Origin: Octopus bimaculoides
Taxonomy: Eukaryota
DNA: 64,000 bases
Reading direction: 5' to 3'
NCBI RefSeq assembly: GCF_001194135.2
Contig: NC_068983.1
Span: forward strand, 49,912,673 to 49,976,672
Shown: piece after piece, positions 62,958 to 64,000 of the stretch
How the letters are laid out: every line of letters begins with the position of its first letter
How positions within the stretch are numbered: position 1 is the stretch's first letter
Notes under the pieces: model-generated
Database searches by the model: none
Seen by the model: only the letters and a program-made list of their open reading frames with translations
What the model was told of the DNA's origin: nothing
Position numbers and translations under genes: made by a program

Positions 62958-63225
62958 TAATAGTTTGGGAGGTTAGGCAGTTGTGGTTGATAAAAAAGGT
63001 GGTAGTAGTACCAATAATTGTCAGAGCCCTGGGAATAGCGAGTAAAAATTTTGAGAAGTACATGGAACAAATAGGGGTTGCAATAAGGGTGGAGTACTTG
63101 CAGAAAACAGCACTGCTTGGAACTGCTCGAATACTCCAGATGGTGCTCAAAAAATAAGGGGTGTTACCTTAGTTCGCTGGTAGTGAACAGCTGACACTGT
63201 AGTACATCTCCAGCGTTAGAATTAT
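62958..63225 (+). pseudogene. R4/Dong-like 3' fragment (subfamily 1) after (AAT)n
   Basis: VWEVRQLWLIKKVVVVPIIVRALG..EYLQKTALLGTARILQMVLKK*; the 3' UTR gtgttaccttagttc.ctggtagtg is shared with 11570-11640. Confidence 0.85.
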
Positions 63226-63234
63226 AATAATTCC

Positions 63235-63555
63235 GTAAATGATATTACATTAAAATTTGAAATAAGAATTTGGAGTATGCAAAGAGTAAAGGTCGTATCT
63301 ATAATAATTGGTGTGTTGCAAACAGTAAGCAAAGGTATAGAGAAATGGCTGAAGGAGATTGGAATAGAATGACCAGTAGAGCTCCAACCGAAAGTTTGTC
63401 TCTTAGAGACAGCAAGGATTATCAGGAGGGTTCTAAACACTTGAAAGGCTTCTGAAAACTTGTGTATACCTAAGGTTAGAGGTTGTAATCTGCTATCCAC
63501 AAAGATCTTACCAGGAATAAGACTGAACCTGTGCCAAACTCAAATGATAATAATA
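63235..63555 (+). pseudogene. R4/Dong-like 3' fragment (another subfamily) ending in gataataat
   Basis: LKFEIRIWSMQRVKVVSIIIGVL.TVSKGIEKWLKEIGIE..KVCLLETARIIRRVLNT*. Confidence 0.8.
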
Positions 63556-63862
63556 TACATTAACATATATCGTCTTTGTCATTCCTCGTTATCACCATTG
63601 TTATAATGGCCATTTTTCTGGAAATGAAACAAGTTGTTCCTGCAATACCTGGTGAGAAGATCAAATGCATTTTGACCATCTTAAGATCTTCTTAATGATG
63701 TGTACTCACAACCAGCCGCATACACAGGTGAGAATTTTAACCCTTAGTTAAAGAAACCGTGACTAATATCTTCACCAATGCTGTGAGCAGATGCTGCGCT
63801 GGATGAAAATTTATTCAACTTTCATTATTCCTTTATCATTACTCATCAGAGCTTGTTCTCCA

Positions 63863-63896
<34 letters not shown>

Positions 63897-63961
63897 AATC
63901 TATCTATCTAAATATCCATCTATCTTTTCATCTATTTATCTGTCTATATATATTTGTGTGC

Positions 63962-64000
<39 letters not shown>

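Noticed and set aside
63805-63850. Minus-strand CTGATGA..GAAA near the window end
   Set aside because: No G-C closed stem II and no stem I complementarity.

Overview
This is AT-rich eukaryotic draft-assembly DNA with about 22 N-gaps, most flanked by (TA)n or other simple repeats. I infer an octopus or other cephalopod origin from the SINE families and the extreme microsatellite load. No complete host protein-coding gene is recognisable, and most ORFs in the track are microsatellite or N-gap artefacts. The window is a mosaic of: (i) at least five SINE-like families, namely a tRNA+CORE bipartite SINE, a tRNA SINE with a Deu/Nin-like domain, an RTE-related (CAT)n-tailed element, a minor tRNA SINE and a tRNA-headed element carrying a hammerhead ribozyme core; (ii) relics of R4/Dong-like, RTE, CR1-like and Penelope-like retrotransposons; (iii) a truncated Ty3/Gypsy element with a 5' LTR, PBS and gag-protease; (iv) Tc1/mariner elements and MITEs; (v) a Helentron-type non-autonomous element with an amplified 5' end; and (vi) mini- and microsatellites. 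The most striking item is at 55.8-56.4 kb: two divergent, near-adjacent copies of a tRNA-promoter + (AAT)n + Penelope-type minimal hammerhead element, which could be a Pol III retrozyme or Penelope-dependent SINE. Also notable is the repeated, apparently targeted use of (AAT)n/(ATT)n tracts by R4/Dong-like LINEs and by one SINE family. Coordinates of degenerate repeats are approximate and all alignments were done by eye.
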